From Bugula neritina (taxonomy: Eukaryota > Animalia > Bryozoa), in NCBI GenBank assembly GCA_964035545.1, contig OZ037766.1, forward strand, positions 17,447,081 through 17,511,080: a stretch of DNA of 64,000 nucleotides. Direction: 5' to 3'. Shown here piece after piece: positions 60,301 to 64,000 of the stretch (position 1 is its first letter; each line of letters opens with the position of its first letter). The notes beneath the pieces are model-generated. The model was not told the origin of the DNA. It made no database searches and saw nothing but the letters and a program-made list of their open reading frames with translations. The translations under genes and the position numbers were made by a program.

Positions 60301-60519
60301 GTAATAGTTGAATTTGCACTCATAATTGATGGCAAATAATATTTTCTTAAAGATTATAACCAGCTTGCCTATCTTTTTAGTATAAACTCTTTGGGCTCAC
60401 CACAGGCAGGGATGCCACCAACTCCCGATCTACTTGCTACCTACTACACTGCAGACAGCTCAATAGTTTCTATCCAAAGACAAAATTATGGCATAATGGA
60501 AGTGATTGGAGCTACCTAA
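39378..60519 (+). CDS. TAF5L: TAF5-like (SAGA/PCAF complex WD40 subunit), 15 coding exons
   Basis: Exons 39378-39446, 40998-41149, 41524-41642, 42343-42487, 48262-48325, 50318-50372, 50666-50837, 51199-51414, 51686-51798, 53191-53272, 54727-54838, 55362-55530, 56319-56441, 59461-59518, 60381-60519; all GT-AG and phase-consistent. N-terminus MKRVNKEHITEVLNGYMKRR resembles TAF5L MKRVRTEQ; NTD2 (YELQFNRL...LFPMFV); WD40 repeats (CVKFHPNNSYIATAS, GEDRKIRLWDLASG...RGHTD). Confidence 0.9.
39918..40928. mobile_element. hAT-like MITE interrupted by the Kolobok-like copy 2
   Basis: TIRs CAGGGGTGGGCAA / TTGCCCACCCCT; right half matches 23150-23308; no clean 8-bp TSD. Confidence 0.6.
39993..40761. mobile_element. 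Non-autonomous Kolobok-like element (copy 2, 769 bp, inverted relative to copy 1)
   Basis: TTAA TSD; same TIRs and length as 28422-29190. Confidence 0.85.
42651..47844 (+). mobile_element. Academ DNA transposon derivative with 1191-bp inverted arms
   Basis: Termini TAGTGGGGG...CCCCCACTA, 3-bp TSD TTG (42648-42650, 47845-47847); arms 42651-43841 and 46654-47844; internal Academ transposase/XPG-like relic. Confidence 0.93.
43842..46881 (+). pseudogene. Academ transposase with XPG/PIN-like nuclease and Cys-rich tail; 5'-truncated, with stops and frameshifts
   Basis: Motifs ITFDQAIYKIAKEIQW, IRMGGFH, GKHYNRGVRAH, ERSGNWQLYL, FAYDRTNYSRW, DQVFEQTLN, IIDGM, DVVFDVY, HDEADTR, DTDV, HAFTGCD, LPPSRNSLEYHVKRANYQ and CKC...CKC...CCGLCEC spread over several broken ORFs. 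Confidence 0.9.
48537..50255 (-). mobile_element. pogo-like (Tc1/mariner superfamily) deletion derivative
   Basis: TA TSD; TIR CCGTAAAATCGGGTAAC / GTTACCCCATTTTACGG; internal GGCCAAAGTTACCC repeats; minus-strand relic at about 49037-49550 with a CENP-B-type HTH (WGFPL...W...FMSRH); no DDE domain seen. Confidence 0.85.
53990..54590. mobile_element. Partial inverted copy of the 33749-34829 element
   Basis: Reverse complement aligns with 33749-34365, including the GAATAAGC|TA end. Confidence 0.75.
56452..56685. repeat. 19-bp minisatellite (TAGTCACACYCACCTAGTG), about 12 copies
   Basis: Tandem imperfect units immediately after TAF5L exon 13. Confidence 0.9.
57468..59191. mobile_element. Foldback-like element with about 450-bp arms and 16-bp subterminal tandem repeats (Mutator/Phantom-like architecture)
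   Basis: Arms 57478-57931 and 58746-59180 are near-identical reverse complements with (CCGAAGGYCCATYAGT)n; asymmetric tips GGGGACGG / AGTCACCG; flanked by TAGAAAAA on both sides (left A-run longer). Confidence 0.85.
59195..59345. repeat. 19-bp minisatellite (AGAGAAATACCTGTGTKAT), about 8 copies
   Basis: Tandem units; a partial unit (AATACCTTGT) also lies left of the 57468 insertion. Confidence 0.85.
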
Positions 60520-60989
60520 CCCTAGAATTACCTCATAGCCTATTTTCTTGGGAATAAATAAGGTGCTTACTAAAACTACTAACTGTTTAGGCTGCAAAAT
60601 TCTAGGGTATCTATCATATGTAACATCAAAATAATCTTCATATATGTTATTTCATGTGCAATCTAAAAGCTGACCACAGAAACCTGTTTGCTTAAAACTG
60701 GATGTTGTTAAAGGAGGTGTTGTTAGCTTGTAATATTGAAGAGTTTTGTAATGTTTTCTTTTTCTTGTAATGTTTGTAATTATTGTATATAATGAAAATG
60801 TTTCTTTGTATCAAATTTTAATTTTTGTAAATACATGAAACAATAAGAATTATTGGCTGAAAATAGATTTATACACTCTCCAACATTCCCAATATAATTT
60901 AAAGTTCTCTACTGTAGCACTCTGCCACGTATGGCAGTAGCAGGTGCCTAATTCTGGGTTGGGCATGTCTTCTGAAGCAACAGAACTCG

Positions 60990-61063
60990 CTCTCTCTCCC
61001 TCCCTCCCTCCCTCCCTCCCTCTCTCTCTCTCCCTCCCTCTCTCTCCCCCTCCCTCCCTCCCT
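60990..61063. repeat. CT/CCCT-rich simple repeat
   Basis: Polypyrimidine microsatellite. Confidence 0.9.
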
Positions 61064-62150
61064 CGCAGGGTCATTATGAGCTGGTACCACTTACATGGTG
61101 CCCTGTGGAATTATGGTAATATCAATATGTTCTCTAGTATTCCAAAGCTATATGTCACCAAGAGTATGAAATTTATGACTTAATTCCTGTGTACACCTGT
61201 TTATTTACTGTATCTAGGTCCCTCTTTGCAGTGCCTGTAGAACAAGTTTCACACCTCATCCTGTCTGATGGCATATCCCTCACTAGCATTGCTAATTATT
61301 GTCTTTATTCAAACTTGTTGACCAACTATAGCTTTTACTTTACCAGAAGATCCACAGTACTTGTGTTCTTACAATCAATCAACTGATGAAGGGACTTGTA
61401 GATAACTCCAAAGTTAAACCTAGAATTAGACCTTTAACAATTCATTAATTTAGCTAACAGCAATGCCAATTCTATAGAGTTTATAATACCTTGAGATGAA
61501 ACTGCAGGATTGGGTTTCTAGAAATATTTAGCAAATACTTATTTCAATACACGCTTTACTAATCTGATGAATGAATAACGTTATTCCTAACCATAAGCAG
61601 TTTCATTTCTAAACTCTATTTATTTGCTTGCCAGTTTCATTATCATAATTAGTTTATTCTAGACTAACCACGTATACAACTAGGCCTTAGCATTTGCTGT
61701 TGCCTTTGTATATTACAATATTTATTTATACTACTTAACAAGACACAAAACTTGTTTGCCCGTTTCTATAGAAGCCATATAATCCACCAATAGCATAGCA
61801 GTAAATCAATACCTCTCTAATAGATTGCAATCATTTAATGTGTTGGCTGTGATACCTTTGGCACCACTATCGACGTAGCTTTGAGATCTGCCATATAAGT
61901 CTCTTAGAAAAGTAAGTAGTTTCCAAGTGACTAGCTTGTGTACTGCAATACTAATATACGACTGTGCATGGGAATCATTTGGAATCAATTTCACGAGCTG
62001 TGCTTATGCTAACAGCTTTTTGACATTTCTCATTATTATAAAAAAATTTCAATTCAGCTTCCCAATTTAAAAACTCACCTCATATTATGCATTATGTATG
62101 ATAGGCACAGTTTTTCCTGTTCAGCTAAAGAGATACATCGAAGCTAAAGC

Positions 62151-63426
62151 ATGGGGTGTGAAGGCTGTGCTCGAATTACTTTGCTTGTGTTCAATATCGT
62201 CTTCTTTGTAAGTATGATTTGCTGGGCTAGTAGTGTCCGGTGTGCTTTCTATTTGCACATGGCAAATACTTTCACATAGTTCTGATTAGTTTCTTTAGAA
62301 AATGTATAATTTGCCATCTAATGTTACTACTTGCTATGTTACTACAGCATATTCTACTAATGAAAAATTACACATTATAGACTAATTTAAAACATAGCAT
62401 CTCATCCATGCCACTATCACCATACAGCTATGATTGTTCAGTATTTCATGAGTAAAATCTTGCAAAATTTTTATTTATTTTTTTTATTTTTTTTTTTATT
62501 TTTACTTATTTTTTTTATGAATGCTATTTGTTGCATCTATCCCAATTTTTAAAACTATAAGCAAGTTGAAGTATATAATTTCTACTGTTTTATATTTTCA
62601 GATTATTGGTTCGGTGTGCCTTGGTGTTGGAATTTGGGTGGTGGTCGATGGAGCTGTTTTCTTAGCGGTCTTGGGGAAAATACCAGAAGACACGTCTGTT
62701 GTTGGCAGTTTAATCCAGGATGCGGCCTATATACTCATAGGTGGTGGTGCTGCTATTTTCCTTATTGCATTTTTCGGATGCTGTGGAGCTTGGAAAAAGA
62801 ACAAGTGTCTTTTAATTGTGGTTAGTAAAACTAGGGCATGATTATGTGAGCATATTGTATTATGTGAGCATATTATATTATGAGAGCATATTATATTATG
62901 AGAGCGTATTATATTTTGTGAGCATATTATATTATGTGAGCATATTATATTATGTGAGCATATTATATTATGTGAGCATATTATATTGTGTGGGCATATT
63001 ATATTGTGTTTGTTGCAACAATTATGGTATGCATGAAATGCATTTTTAGCAAATATTTCTAACACAGATACGTAGCCCCTTTATTATACATGTTTAGGTG
63101 CAACTATACTTAGTTGCAGTAGTAAATTTTAAAACATGGTCACCAAAATGAATTTTTGTTTCACTCAAATTTGTTTGCCTCTAAGTAATACCAGGTTCAT
63201 ATTTTTGTAGTATGCGGTTATCATTGGGGTGTTGTTACTACTGCAAATAGGCGCTTTTGTGACAGCCTATTTTTTCTATGATCAAATTGTTGACGTTCTC
63301 AATGACTCACTTGCCAATGCCCTCAACAAATCATATGACAGTGAATTCCAAGAAACATCTGCTGGAGAGTTTGATTATACTGGTGGGAATATCTTATCTA
63401 AAGGTCTCGATGCTATACAGATTGAG
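62151..63426 (+). CDS. Tetraspanin family protein, first three coding exons (continues beyond the window)
   Basis: Exons 62151-62207 (MGCEGCARITLLVFNIVFF), 62602-62820 (LGVGIW...AYILIGGG...FFGCCGAWKKNKCLL) and 63211-63426 (TM3 and EC2 to LDAIQIE); GT-AG, phase 0. Confidence 0.9.
62839..63008. repeat. 18-bp minisatellite (ATTATGTGAGCATATTAT), about 9 copies
   Basis: Tandem units in tetraspanin intron 2. Confidence 0.9.
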
Positions 63427-64000
63427 GTACAGTGCTGTCACTTTTGCAGTAGAATCTTTTTTGGATTCTTTTACTTAAACTGCAGTGCTTGAAATTAGGT
63501 TATTTTTCACTATTGACTATATTAGATATTTAGTTATATTTTAGACTCCAATAGTTTCTCAGAATAACAGATGGTACATTATACATGAACATCATAAATA
63601 GGCCTATGTTTTACAAATCAACATAATAGTTATATGAATGAAATCACATAGTATTTTTTACCATTCAATACACTGTCTCACTTTACATACCAAGTTTCCA
63701 CATATTATATAAAAAAGATTTGAGTTCATTGGCACCAAAGCCTACTTGGAAAATGTCCAAATGCACTGAGTAGCTGCAGGATGTTTTGAAATTGCCTCAC
63801 CAGGTGACTTACAGAGGGGGCAACTCTAATTAATAAGTTTTGTTACAGCTATGCTACATATACATTGTAACTTACAGGGTTTATTTGTTTCCAGCAGAAA
63901 TAAGCCATCAGAAAAATATACTTGTTTGTGTTTTGCAATCTGTTTTCCTTGCTTTTTTAGTACAATTTAGTTCACTAACTTAGTAACCGGTCAGCTAATT

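Overview
AT-rich animal (invertebrate-type) genomic DNA with spliced genes and many repeats; no rRNA, tRNA gene or CRISPR array is supported. Host genes: the last two coding exons of a 5'-nucleotidase family gene (+, 6067-7494) plus an orphan exon of the same family at about 13.0 kb; a complete 12-exon ammonium transporter (Amt, -, 18243-25227); a complete 15-exon TAF5L (+, 39378-60519); and the first three exons of a tetraspanin (+, from 62151). Mobile DNA: a very young Gmr1-type Ty3/Gypsy element (292-4665) with apparently identical 539-bp LTRs and an intact Gag-protease-integrase ORF but no reverse transcriptase; an Academ transposon (42651-47844) rebuilt as a foldback with two right ends (1191-bp arms) in TAF5L intron 4; a 3-kb AT-flanked foldback; two TTAA-flanked Kolobok-like copies; a pogo-like deletion derivative; a solo LTR; several MITEs with tandem-repeat subterminal inverted repeats; a tRNA-derived SINE; an RTE LINE relic; and several mini- and microsatellites. 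The most unusual items are the RT-less, integrase-encoding LTR element with heat-shock-element-like LTRs and the double-right-ended Academ inside a host pre-mRNA. All alignments and translations were done by eye; family names come from recalled motifs, not database searches.
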